From: a bacterium
GTDB lineage: Bacteria; Patescibacteriota; Minisyncoccia; Phycocordibacterales; UBA12079
Reading direction: 5' to 3'
DNA: 52,615 bases
Assembly (NCBI GenBank): GCA_018401295.1
Contig: JAGYLJ010000005.1
Coordinates: forward strand, 1 to 52,615
Below are positions 1-9,340 of the stretch, in pieces; the first letter of the stretch is position 1; each line of letters begins with the position of its first letter. The notes beneath the pieces are model-generated. The model was given only the letters and a program-made list of their open reading frames with translations, ran no database searches and was not told the DNA's origin. The position numbers were made by a program, and so were the translations under genes.

Positions 1-8
1 CGCTCGTG

Positions 9-90
9 TGCCCAGGATGGGACTCGAACCCATATGCTCTAGGAGCCACGGCCCTCAACCGTGTGTGTATACCAATTCCACCACCTGGGC
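9..90 (-). tRNA. tRNA-Leu(GAG)
   Basis: Reverse complement folds as a cloverleaf (GCCCAGG acceptor, anticodon arm CACGG-TTGAGGG-CCGTG, long variable arm, GGTTCGAGTCC T-arm); CCA not encoded. Confidence 0.95.
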
Positions 91-181
91 TTAAACACAA
101 AAGTAGTATAACGAATTATAAGAAAAATAAAAAGAGCCGAGCCCTAATTAGGAAGACTCGACTCTGTTTAAAATCTAATTA

Positions 182-727
182 TTATTTTTCTATTTCTTCC
201 TTATTTTTTACTTCTTCAATAATTTCACCAGACTCTTCTACTACTTCACTTTCTTCTACTTGTTGTAGTTCAGCCTCCTTTTTATTTTCCTCTTCTTGCT
301 TTAACATTTCTTCTTCCTCTTTCTTCATTCTATCTGCTTCTGCTATATCACTTTTAGTAGAAAGGTCCACCATCTTCATTTTTCTCATTTGTCGTCTTAT
401 CTCTCTAGCCACTTTTTCACGAATAAAGTAAAGTTTTGACCTCCTAACTCTAGATCTCTTTATAATTTCAATCTTATCAATAATAGGAGAAAATAAAGGA
501 AAAATTCTTTCTACCCCGACTCCACTAGCCACTTTCCTCACAGTAAACGTTGCACCTGCTTCATTACCGTGTTTCCTCGCTAAAACTAAACCTTCAAAAG
601 CCTGTAATCTAGTCTTTCCTTTTTCTTGAATTTTAACCCATACACGCACAGTATCACCAGACCTAATTCCTAGTTCTTTTCTCTCTTCCATATTAACTGG
701 GGAAATTTGAATTGTTTCTAATTTCAT
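182..727 (-). CDS. rplS: 50S ribosomal protein L19 with acidic C-terminal extension
   Basis: [43 protein letters not shown] motifs; ATG at 727 preferred over the ORF-track start. Confidence 0.95.
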   Translation of the reverse strand: MKLETIQISPVNMEERKELGIRSGDTVRVWVKIQEKGKTRLQAFEGLVLARKHGNEAGATFTVRKVASGVGVERIFPLFSPIIDKIEIIKRSRVRRSKLYFIREKVAREIRRQMRKMKMVDLSTKSDIAEADRMKKEEEEMLKQEEENKKEAELQQVEESEVVEESGEIIEEVKNKEEIEK

Positions 728-815
728 GAGCCAAACTTTATCATAAATTGTTATATTTCGCAATATTAATTAAGAAAGTCAGAGAATATGAAACCCCCAC
801 AACTAAACATCAAAA

Positions 816-1538
816 TTATTTAATTAAATCTATGGCTTTTTGAAAATCCTTAGGTAAAGGAGCTTCTATTTTTATTTTTTTTCCATCTAATAAAGAAAAC
901 TCAATAAAAAAGGCGTGTAAAGCCACACGGTTAAAACCTAGGGCAAATTCTCTTTTAGGCGCGTACAATCTATCCCCTACAACTGGATGATTAATAGCTT
1001 TCATATGGACCCTTATCTGATGAGTTCTCCCTGTTTTTAAATTAACCTCTAAAAAGGAAAAGTCTTTATTCCTCTTTAAAACTTTATATTCAGTAACAGC
1101 TTCCCTTAAGACACCCCTTGCCCCTCTTTGAGCCGACCATTGTCTAAAATCACTGCTACTTCTTCCTATTGAGCGATCAATAACACCTTCTTCATCTTTT
1201 ATTTCCCCCCAAACGAAAGTTTTATATATTTTTTTTATTTTCTTATCTTTAAACTGTTGTTTTAAGTTTAAAAAAGTCTCTTGATTCTTTACAATAATTA
1301 AAATACCGCTGGTCTCCCTATCTAATCGATGAACAATTCCCGGTCTTTTTATTTCCTTACCGTTTTGAAGAATCAAAGACTCTCCAACATTCTCCAATTC
1401 AGGATACTTTTCTAAAATCCAACCACATAAATTTGGCTCTTTAGTTTTACCGTCAAAGTGGACAACCAAACCAGCTGGTTTATCAACCACTAAAACATTT
1501 TTATCTTCAAAAAGTATTTTGATATTATTCAAGCTCAT
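816..1538 (-). CDS. RluA/RluD-family RNA pseudouridine synthase
   Basis: VVDKPAGLVVH, HRLDRETSG (catalytic Asp), TGRTHQIRVH, VGDRLY. Confidence 0.93.
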   Translation of the reverse strand: MSLNNIKILFEDKNVLVVDKPAGLVVHFDGKTKEPNLCGWILEKYPELENVGESLILQNGKEIKRPGIVHRLDRETSGILIIVKNQETFLNLKQQFKDKKIKKIYKTFVWGEIKDEEGVIDRSIGRSSSDFRQWSAQRGARGVLREAVTEYKVLKRNKDFSFLEVNLKTGRTHQIRVHMKAINHPVVGDRLYAPKREFALGFNRVALHAFFIEFSLLDGKKIKIEAPLPKDFQKAIDLIK

Positions 1539-2703
1539 TCAATTGTTCCCTTGTTAATTCCCCTACAAATCCTGAAGCCGGTGATATATTATATTCTTTC
1601 TGAAAATCTTTTACAGCTTGCAGAGTACAGTTACCAAAACTACCAGAAATAGGACATATATTCAAATTTGAACCAGAAGGTGGATAGAATCCTTTCTTGG
1701 CCAAAAGAAATTGCAATGCCAAAACCCCTTCATCATTATTTATTCCTTTTCTTAAATTGGAATTCCACTCGTAGGGTAAAATAACATTTTCCTTTTCTGA
1801 ACTTTTATCAAAGTAATCTAAAATACTCAAATAGGTCTGCCAGGCCATTTCTTGCAAAACGTCTTTTCTTGTATTTGAATTAGTAAATTGTGGTTCATAA
1901 ACGTAACCATATTCAATTAAAAGACCTGCTGAATCCAATGTATTGTAAGCACCCAAAGCGATGAATCCCTGTATCTCCTTTATCCCTCCTTCACTCTTTT
2001 CATATTTTAAATCACTATAGGCAGAATATTTACCTAAAAATTCTGATACTGATTCAGCAATCGAACGACTTACTTTAGAATTTGAATATTGTTTATCTGG
2101 TATATAAATAGTCAAACCAGAATATTTACCCACACCATCTGAATATCTTCCCGGATAATCATTAAAATGAACATGAATAACAATATCCATCTCATTTTCA
2201 TTTGACCATTTATTTACACCATATAGCCTTGTTGCCACTTCTGGTAATGATTTACGGTTAGAGTTAAAACCAATATCAGAATCAATTAAACCCGAATCGA
2301 CTAAAGCACTCATAAGATCCTGATTTTCCTTCTGAAAATTAAAAATATCCTCCTTGTTATTTTTTATATAAGCTAAATAATCTTCGTCATAGCCTTGTCT
2401 ATTTCTCAATAAATAAACTTGAAATAAACTCTCCTGTCGCAAATAATTGGTTAAATATTCAGCAAGTTCTACATTTAAATCTGCTTCTCTCACTCCCTCA
2501 AATTCAGTTCCCCAGTATTCATTATCATGACCTGGGACAACCAAAATTCTCACAGTTGATTTCGCTTTAAGTTGTTTCTCTGTTAGGCTATCAACAAAAA
2601 ATATTCCTGCTAACATCTCGCGAGGATTAACATCTGTATATTTTGTTAAAACAAAAATTGTTATAAACAAGAAACCAATAAAAATAAAAATTTTCTTAAA
2701 CAT
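1525..2703 (-). CDS. N-acetylmuramoyl-L-alanine amidase (Amidase_3-like) with C-terminal peptidoglycan-binding domain
   Basis: N-terminal membrane anchor; ILVVPGHD, E-ADLN, IHVHFN, LIEYGY Zn-amidase motifs; C-terminal VLALQ..G.FG..T.QAVKDFQ..G.VG.LT PG-binding motif. Confidence 0.85.
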   Translation of the reverse strand: MFKKIFIFIGFLFITIFVLTKYTDVNPREMLAGIFFVDSLTEKQLKAKSTVRILVVPGHDNEYWGTEFEGVREADLNVELAEYLTNYLRQESLFQVYLLRNRQGYDEDYLAYIKNNKEDIFNFQKENQDLMSALVDSGLIDSDIGFNSNRKSLPEVATRLYGVNKWSNENEMDIVIHVHFNDYPGRYSDGVGKYSGLTIYIPDKQYSNSKVSRSIAESVSEFLGKYSAYSDLKYEKSEGGIKEIQGFIALGAYNTLDSAGLLIEYGYVYEPQFTNSNTRKDVLQEMAWQTYLSILDYFDKSSEKENVILPYEWNSNLRKGINNDEGVLALQFLLAKKGFYPPSGSNLNICPISGSFGNCTLQAVKDFQKEYNISPASGFVGELTREQLNELE

Positions 2704-2790
2704 TTCACTTTTAATTATACACTATTCATTGATTTATGTGGATAATATTGGTATAAATAAGTTGATTTTTAATTACTAATTTGAAAATTC

Positions 2791-2862
2791 GTCCCCGTAG
2801 TTCAATGGATAGAACGAAAGCCTTCTAAGCTTTAGATGTAGGTCCGATTCCTACCGGGGGCA
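2791..2862 (+). tRNA. tRNA-Arg(TCT)
   Basis: GTCCCCG/CGGGGGC acceptor, anticodon arm AAAGC-CTTCTAA-GCTTT; T-loop reads TCCGATT rather than TTCGA. Confidence 0.92.
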
Positions 2863-3363
2863 CAAATCGCAAAAAAACAAAAGCAACAGTTTAAAAACTG
2901 TTGCTTTTGTTTTTTAAAAGAGCAAACTGCTTTGCTCTTTGACGATTTGTGCGGGCACAGGCATATTTTTGCGACCCACAGGGAGCAAAAAAGCCGAGGA
3001 GGGGATAAAAAACAAACTGCTTTGTTTTTTATCCAGTTTTTCTGAAAGAAAAAATTTCCTATATCGAGCGAAGCGAGATAGGAAATAGGTGGGTCAACAA
3101 ACACTTAGATATTTTTGAGTCCGGAGGACAAAAAAAATATTTAGTGATTTGTGTGCGATTCCTACTGGGGGGCACAAATTGAGCAAAGCGAAATTTGGGA
3201 CCCCAGAACGAGCCAACTGCTTGGCTCGTGTTAGAAATCGAAAGCCGGAAGATGTTGCAAACAAGGAGCAACACTGAGGCGGGGTCGCGGAACACTTAGT
3301 AAGATTTTCGAGCCTGCCTGCCGATAGGCGAGGCAAAGCGGAATATATTTAGTGATTTGTGAC
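2863..3363 (+). repeat. tRNA-linked structured elements (about 2 units) behind tRNA-Arg, with duplicated tRNA 3' end at 3156-3177
   Basis: About 100 bp (3001-3100) nearly identical to the reverse complement of 8270-8367 and similar to 23356-23460; TAGTGATTTGTG terminus at about 3142 and 3350. Confidence 0.85.
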
Positions 3364-3399
3364 CACATGATTATGTATACGAAGTATTCCATTAACCTA

Positions 3400-4001
3400 A
3401 CAAAAAAAGACCTTCCGGTCTTTTTTGTGTGTCTGTGGGCGATGAGGGATTTGGTCACAAATATTTTGCTTCGCAAAATTTCGCTACCCCGACTCGGCGA
3501 CAAGCACTCGCTTCGCTCATCTTGTATACCGCCTCCGTCTTTCAAATCCCTATCGCTCCTACAAAATCAAAAATCCCAAAGCATTCGCTTTGGGACTTAA
3601 GATTTTGTGGGCGATGAGGGATTTGGTCCCCAGTTCTAATTATTTTAGTTCGCTTCACTCCTAAAATAATAAGAACTCTTGACCTCGCTCAGTCATATTT
3701 TTCTTTCGCTTCGCTTCAGAAAAATATATTCCCTCGGTTCAAATCCCTATCGCTCCTACAAAATCAAAAATCCCAAAGCATTCGCTTTGGGACTTAAGAT
3801 TTTGTGGGCGATGAGGGATTTGGTCCCCAGTTCTAATTATTTTAGTTCGCTTCACTCCTAAAATAATAAGAACTCTTGACCTCGCTCAGTCATATTTTTC
3901 TTTCGCTTCGCTTCAGAAAAATATATTCCCTCGGTTCAAATCCCTATCGCTCCTACAAAATCAAAAATCCCAAAGCATTCGCTTTGGGACTTAAGATTTT
4001 G
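3400..4001 (-). repeat. tRNA-Val-linked tandem array: two 197-bp units plus one divergent 172-bp unit, each ending in the tRNA 3' end
   Basis: GTGGGCGATGAGGGATTTG starts at 3435, 3607, 3804 and 4001 (the tRNA itself). Confidence 0.92.
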
Positions 4002-4074
4002 TGGGCGATGAGGGATTTGAACCCCCGACCTTCGCAGTGTAAATGCGCTGCTCTACCAACTGAGCTAATCGCCC
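4002..4074 (-). tRNA. tRNA-Val(TAC)
   Basis: Reverse complement GGGCGATTAGCTCAGTTGGTAGAGC..CGCA-TTTACAC-TGCG..GGTTCAAATCCCTCATCGCCCA. Confidence 0.95.
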
Positions 4075-4243
4075 AAGTATAATTTTACTTGGTATTGTGT
4101 ATTTAATTTTCAATTCTCTGTAAAGCGCATTTACACTTAAGTGTAAATGATAGAAACTCCACCGTTTCTATCTCCGTCAACTGAGCTAATCGCCCTTTTG
4201 TGTCCATAATTATATAGAAAAAACTAATCAAAATCAATCTAAT

Positions 4244-4834
4244 TTACAAAACAAAAATCAAGATCACAATAATCACAAAGACTACAAGAATCCAATTAAA
4301 ATATTCAAAAGCATTCTTCGCCACTTTTTTACCGAACAATTTAACAATATAACCCACAGCGAAAAATCTCAACCCCCTCCCTATCAAAGAGGCTAATAGA
4401 AATGTAAAGATATTTATATTGAAAAAACCCGCAGAGATAGTAAAAACCTTAAAAGGAATAGGAGTAAAGGCTGAAATAAAAATTGTCCAAAAGGCATTCT
4501 GAGAAAACATCTGAGAAACTGTTAACATCTGACTTTGTAAATTATAAGTATTCACAATAAACTCACCCACCAAACTAAAAAAGAAAAAACCTATCAAATA
4601 ACCAAACAATCCACCAACAACAGAAGCAACAGTAGTAATAAGAGAATAATATACCCACCTAGCTCCATTTTTTATCAAAATTGCCAAAAGGAAAACATCT
4701 GGTGGAATTACGAAAAAAGAAGCCTCTGTGAAAGAACAAATAATCAACCAAATTTTAGCCCTTCTCCCTTGAGATTTATTATCGACCCAGTCTTCAGTCC
4801 TCTCTTTTATTTTTTGTAAAAAATTTAAAATCAT
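4244..4834 (-). CDS. YqaA/DedA (VTT domain) membrane protein
   Basis: FTEASFFVIPPDVFL, FTPIPFKVFTISAG, GRGLRF motifs; several TM helices. Confidence 0.88.
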   Translation of the reverse strand: MILNFLQKIKERTEDWVDNKSQGRRAKIWLIICSFTEASFFVIPPDVFLLAILIKNGARWVYYSLITTVASVVGGLFGYLIGFFFFSLVGEFIVNTYNLQSQMLTVSQMFSQNAFWTIFISAFTPIPFKVFTISAGFFNINIFTFLLASLIGRGLRFFAVGYIVKLFGKKVAKNAFEYFNWILVVFVIIVILIFVL

Positions 4835-4839
4835 ATTAA

Positions 4840-5223
4840 TTATATTTTTCTTTTTTTATCTAGGTAACTTGTCAAAATAAGAGCTGCCGCCGACGCATCT
4901 ATTTTATCACTTTTACCTTGAATCCGCTCAGCTTCAGCACTAGTTAAGAATTCTGGTTCTAAGTGAACTATTAAATTATTTCTTTCTAAATCTGTTTTAA
5001 ATCTTAAAATATCTTTCATAATAAAATTAGGCTCTCCAGAAAAATTAAACGATTCTCCGAGAACCACAACTTCAATTTTTTCCTCAAGACAAATTTTCAG
5101 AATACTTTCCAAAAGTTGTTTACCATTATGCAAAACAGTTTTAGCAAAAGCTAAGTTCCCACCATCATCCGAGACAGCAATTCCTACGTTCTTTTCTCCA
5201 TAATCTATACCTAAATATTTCAT
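4840..5223 (-). CDS. ruvX: YqgF/RuvX pre-16S rRNA nuclease
   Basis: YLGIDYGEKNVGIAVSD, E.LTSAEA, IDASAAALIL. Confidence 0.92.
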   Translation of the reverse strand: MKYLGIDYGEKNVGIAVSDDGGNLAFAKTVLHNGKQLLESILKICLEEKIEVVVLGESFNFSGEPNFIMKDILRFKTDLERNNLIVHLEPEFLTSAEAERIQGKSDKIDASAAALILTSYLDKKRKI

Positions 5224-5227
5224 ATAA

Positions 5228-5623
5228 TTAGTCTAATCGATGTCTCGATTTATTCCCTGTTTTCTCTTCATAAACCTTATTAAACAATTTTTCACCTAAA
5301 TAAGAACCTTGATACTCCTTATTCTTAATGCTTTTCACTATCTCATAAAATTTAGTAAGTTCATTCTTTATTTCTCCATTATCAGCCTTAATCAAAAATT
5401 CTTCTAAGCTCATATCATATAATCGATTTTTTATAGCCTCTAAAGCTATATTCTCAGAGTAAAGATAGCCAAGAAAATACAAAATTGCCCTAGCGCGATA
5501 GACTTCATCTTCCGTGCATCCTTTGTTCTCAATAATATGTATATATTTACTCCACAGGTTTTCAATGGCTTGTGATAATTTTTCTAAATCAAACCTATAT
5601 GTGTATATCAAAATTTCTTCCAT
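5228..5623 (-). CDS. hypothetical protein
   Basis: 131-aa ORF overlapping the upstream gene and in operon-like arrangement with ruvX. Confidence 0.65.
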   Translation of the reverse strand: MEEILIYTYRFDLEKLSQAIENLWSKYIHIIENKGCTEDEVYRARAILYFLGYLYSENIALEAIKNRLYDMSLEEFLIKADNGEIKNELTKFYEIVKSIKNKEYQGSYLGEKLFNKVYEEKTGNKSRHRLD

Positions 5624-5901
5624 ATTTTTTTATCGAAATCTACTTCAATAAAGTCTCCTGTTTCAAGTTGTGAAGTAACTTTTGCTTGCCCCATGATTAA
5701 AGGGATATTATTTTCTCTAGAAATAATAGCAGCGTGACATAATAAATTATTTATCTCAGTAATAATTCCAGAGGTTCTTGATAAAATAATTTGTACATCT
5801 GGAGTCGTATTTTTAACCACAAGAGTATCACCGGTTTCAAAGCCAACTAAATCCTCATCCTTCCACAATCTTTTTTTAATAACAAACACTCTTTTTTTCA
5901 T
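5608..5901 (-). CDS. stand-alone PEP-utilizing enzyme mobile (phospho-His swivel) domain protein
   Basis: GDTLVVKNTTPD..SGIITE..LCHAAIISRENNIP..L.TGD.IEVD. Confidence 0.8.
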   Translation of the reverse strand: MKKRVFVIKKRLWKDEDLVGFETGDTLVVKNTTPDVQIILSRTSGIITEINNLLCHAAIISRENNIPLIMGQAKVTSQLETGDFIEVDFDKKIWKKF

Positions 5902-5965
5902 AGAATTAAAAAGAAAACTCTCGCTTCTTTGTGCTATTATAGCACATTAAAGCGAGAGTCCCTGC

Positions 5966-6301
5966 TCAATAATAATCGGCCAGTTGGGATAATAAATCAA
6001 CGAAATCCCATTTATTACCACCACTACGACAACCCTTTTCAATCATTTCTTTCCTCATATCCAAATTCTGCGAAGTAGAAATAACAACCTGAGATATTTT
6101 CAACAAGTCAGAGATAAAAGGAATTGTCGATTTCTCCCCCAACCATCCATCCAGAGCGACAGCGAAGAACTTATGATTAGAGGAAATCACAGCTCTTAAC
6201 TCATCTTCAGAACGAGCTACAATAATTTCTGCTTTTTTCCCCAACCGATGAGTAATAAGTTGCTCCCAACGAGCAATGTCTTCCACAATAAGAACCTCCA
6301 C
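5966..6301 (-). CDS. single-domain response-regulator receiver-like protein
   Basis: VLIVED, VALDG, ISTS, G..K pattern of CheY-like receivers; GTG at 6301 follows GAAAGGGGG. Confidence 0.6.
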   Translation of the reverse strand: MEVLIVEDIARWEQLITHRLGKKAEIIVARSEDELRAVISSNHKFFAVALDGWLGEKSTIPFISDLLKISQVVISTSQNLDMRKEMIEKGCRSGGNKWDFVDLLSQLADYY

Positions 6302-6384
6302 TTGAAACACCCCCTTTCAGGATAAAATTAAAAAAGGACTTCTCCTAAAAAGATTTATAACACAATTCTTAAAAAAATCAATTT

Positions 6385-7623
6385 CTAGAAGACCAACAAA
6401 CTTGGAGCAAAAAGAAGTAAAGCACCAAGTATTATCATTAAAATCCCTCCAATTAAAGACGATAAATTAGAGTACTTTTGTCCTACTGCGTAAAACTTAC
6501 TAAAACCGTAAAGGGCTAAACCGAAAATTAAAAAATCGTCAAACATATACGAGAAAGTATATAGAAGTATATAAAGTTGTTCTGTAACCAAACTCAAGCC
6601 ATTTAACTCCAAGATTTTAGTAAAAGCCTGAGGTATTCCAATTGAACAAGCAAACTCAACAACATTCACAGATAAAGCTACCCCGATAACTCCTAAAGCC
6701 GTCAAAATCGTCATCGGTCTATTAATAAGTTTTTTTATTTTTGATTCTGTTTTTGATTGTTTTTCTATATCGGTATTACAAACCAATTCCCCACGTGTCT
6801 TCCAGTATCTATAAAGAAAATAAAAACCTGCTCCAAGAGCCAGTAAACCGATTAACGGGGTTATAAATTCGTCCAAACCAATAAAATCCCACGTTTTAAA
6901 CCAAAAATTCAAGATCAACCAATACATTATGGTCTCTGCTAAAATAAACAAACCAGCCACCTGAAACATCTTTTTTCTATCTTTAACCTGCCATAGAATT
7001 AGTAGAAAGGTCATCAAAACCCACATAGCACAAGGATTAAAACCATCCACCAAACCTAAGATAAACGACAGTGAAAACAAAGAAAAATCTTTCGAATCAA
7101 CTACTCCTAAAAATGGGATGTTAAAATCAAAACCTTTCTGCGGGTCTTTAATAGCTCCTGATTTCGATTGTTCTATCAACCTAATTATTTCCTGACCTGT
7201 TGTTTCAGGAGAATCAAAACCTTGAAAAATATTCTCCCCAATTATAGTGGTTGGAGTAACTTTTGGTAGATTGTATTTGTTGGTCAATAAATCAAATTGT
7301 TGTCTGTTTCCTTCCTGAGCGATATCAACAATAATTAAATTAAAATCATCTCTCTGAGTAATTAAATCCTCAAAAAAAGCCATTTCTTTTGCACAAAAAG
7401 AACAGTCTTCTCTTTCAAAAAAATAAATGTCTACTTTCTCAACTGTGTTTGCTGCTATGGTCTCAGGATCAATAGGTGTTTCAGCTATAGAAACAAGGGG
7501 TATGGCACAGGCAACCGCCAAAGTTAAAATTAAAAAATTCCTTTTTAAAAGGTTGTACCCCATTAAAAATTTATTTTCATTTTTACTCGATTTTATAATA
7601 TTATACTTTAACGGGGTAAACAT
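6385..7623 (-). CDS. glutaredoxin/thioredoxin domain fused to DsbD/CcdA-like membrane domain
   Basis: CSFC motif, then LGLVDGFNPCAMW and VEFACS membrane Cys motifs; true start may be about 7563. Confidence 0.8.
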   Translation of the reverse strand: MFTPLKYNIIKSSKNENKFLMGYNLLKRNFLILTLAVACAIPLVSIAETPIDPETIAANTVEKVDIYFFEREDCSFCAKEMAFFEDLITQRDDFNLIIVDIAQEGNRQQFDLLTNKYNLPKVTPTTIIGENIFQGFDSPETTGQEIIRLIEQSKSGAIKDPQKGFDFNIPFLGVVDSKDFSLFSLSFILGLVDGFNPCAMWVLMTFLLILWQVKDRKKMFQVAGLFILAETIMYWLILNFWFKTWDFIGLDEFITPLIGLLALGAGFYFLYRYWKTRGELVCNTDIEKQSKTESKIKKLINRPMTILTALGVIGVALSVNVVEFACSIGIPQAFTKILELNGLSLVTEQLYILLYTFSYMFDDFLIFGLALYGFSKFYAVGQKYSNLSSLIGGILMIILGALLLFAPSLLVF

Positions 7624-7710
7624 AGTCTTCTTATAATATCACTATTGTATTAAATAATAAACTTGTTAAAATTAAGGGTAACAATTAGCAATTAAAATTA
7701 ATTAAAAAAT

Positions 7711-7944
7711 ATGGATCTTTTAACATCAACAACTACAACAACATTAGGTAGCATTGACCCCACAACTATTCCTCTCTGGATATTGCTGGTTATTATGCTC
7801 TGGGTCTTGCCATGGAAAGGGTATGCTCTTTGGCATGCAGCTCAAAATAAACACAAAAATTGGTTTATAATTTTATTAGTCATCAATACATTAGCAATTT
7901 TAGACATCATCTATATTTTCTTTGTTAGTAAAAAGAAAAAATAA
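7711..7944 (+). CDS. small membrane protein (DUF5652-like)
   Basis: LW..PWKGYALWHAAQN.HKNWFIILLVINTL.IL.IIYIF pattern. Confidence 0.75.
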   Translation: MDLLTSTTTTTLGSIDPTTIPLWILLVIMLWVLPWKGYALWHAAQNKHKNWFIILLVINTLAILDIIYIFFVSKKKK

Positions 7945-7959
7945 AACAATAATCTCAAA

Positions 7960-8465
7960 ATGACACAAAACAGTGCTTAAGCACTGTTTTGTTTTGGTCA
8001 AGCGGAGGGGGTGGGATTCGGTCACTCTTATGGATATTTTATTTCGCAAGCTCATAAAATATCTCATCCCATTGACCTCCACTCGCTCGAGTTCGTCGTC
8101 GCAAGCTCTTCCTCACATACTCGCTCGGTTCGAATCCCTTACTCTCTTCTAGAAGTTAACAAAAATAAATACCTCAGTCGGTATTTATTTTTGTTAATGC
8201 GGAGGGGGTGGGATTCGGTCACAAATCACTAAGTATATTTTTTCGCTTCGCTCAAAATCTACTAAGTGTTTGCGTCCTCCTATTTCCTATCTCGCTTCGC
8301 TCGATAAAGGAAATTTTTTCTTTCAGAAAAACTGGATAAAAAACAAAGCAGTTTGTTTTTTATCCCCGACTCCCTCGCTTCGCTCAGTCCGTCTTTCGAA
8401 TTCCACCCCCTCATCAAAATGTTTGAAATTAAAATACCCCTTAAGGGGTATTTTAATTTCAAATG
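7960..8465 (-). repeat. tRNA-Ser-linked array of two structured elements with duplicated tRNA 3' ends
   Basis: GCGGAGGGGGTGGGATTCG at 8002, 8199 and 8465; AT-rich hairpins at about 7961, 8156 and 8422. Confidence 0.88.
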
Positions 8466-8552
8466 CGGAGGGGGTGGGATTCGAACCCACGGTACAGTTT
8501 CCCGCACTCCAGTTTTCAAGACTGGCGCATTCGACCTCTCTGCCACCCCTCC
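8466..8552 (-). tRNA. tRNA-Ser(TGA)
   Basis: Reverse complement GGAGGGG acceptor, CCAGT-CTTGAAA-ACTGG anticodon arm, long variable arm, GGTTCGAATCC. Confidence 0.95.
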
Positions 8553-8554
8553 AA

Positions 8555-8911
8555 TTAATATTCAATTATCAACAAATCTTTTTCTTGTAAACTTACAGAC
8601 CGACGCCTACATAAACACGTCTTAAATAAATATTCATCACGATTCTTACTCAAAACATAAAGCCAATCATAAGAATCTTCTTCTGTTTTTTTGATAACAT
8701 AGCCCTTTGAATTAGAGTGGATCCTTCTCAAATCAACTTCATTCCCGCTAGTATATTTTACTTGGACTCTTTTTAATTCGTTTCCAACATCAACAACCAA
8801 ATCATAAGAAGCAGACTCCGTTAGAGGTAACAAAACATCCCATCCTAATTTAGTAAAAGTAGATATAGCTTGTGCAACAGCAATATCTCCTTTCCTTTGT
8901 GTTGTTCTCAT
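8555..8911 (-). CDS. group I intron-associated-type PD-(D/E)XK endonuclease (I-Ssp6803I-like)
   Basis: T..KGDIA......F.KLGW.V..P......YDLVVD....LKRVQVK signature. Confidence 0.75.
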   Translation of the reverse strand: MRTTQRKGDIAVAQAISTFTKLGWDVLLPLTESASYDLVVDVGNELKRVQVKYTSGNEVDLRRIHSNSKGYVIKKTEEDSYDWLYVLSKNRDEYLFKTCLCRRRSVSLQEKDLLIIEY

Positions 8912-9340
8912 CTTTCTATTATAAACGGTATAGGCAACCGTTGCAACATATAATTAAAAGATAATAATTATTATACCAAAATAAACACTAAAAATCTACT
9001 GATTATTTCATCATTTTAACAATCCCCTAGGATAAAATTCCAAAACTTGTATTATAATGTAAGATGTAAGATTAATTAATAAAAAATCATGTTATTAGAA
9101 CAAGAGACATCAAACATATTTTTTCTGAAGAAGCTCAACAAAATATGTCTAATTTAGATAAACAAATTCTAATTAAAAAAGCCGAAGCGACCGCTTTACT
9201 AAAATTACAAGGAAAGACCAATAATTAAAGCCAAAATTCTAAATAAACCTCTCTTTGCTTTAATTCCGATAAGAGTTTATACTTAAATAAATGGGTTAAA
9301 ACCTAAATTATTAATTGTTACCAACTAAAAAAATAAAATT

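Noticed and set aside
6-431. 141-aa plus-strand ORF
   Set aside because: Antisense to tRNA-Leu and rplS
3435-4020. Repeat array as a CRISPR
   Set aside because: The repeats are tRNA 3' ends, the spacers are 150-180 bp and two are identical, and no cas genes are present
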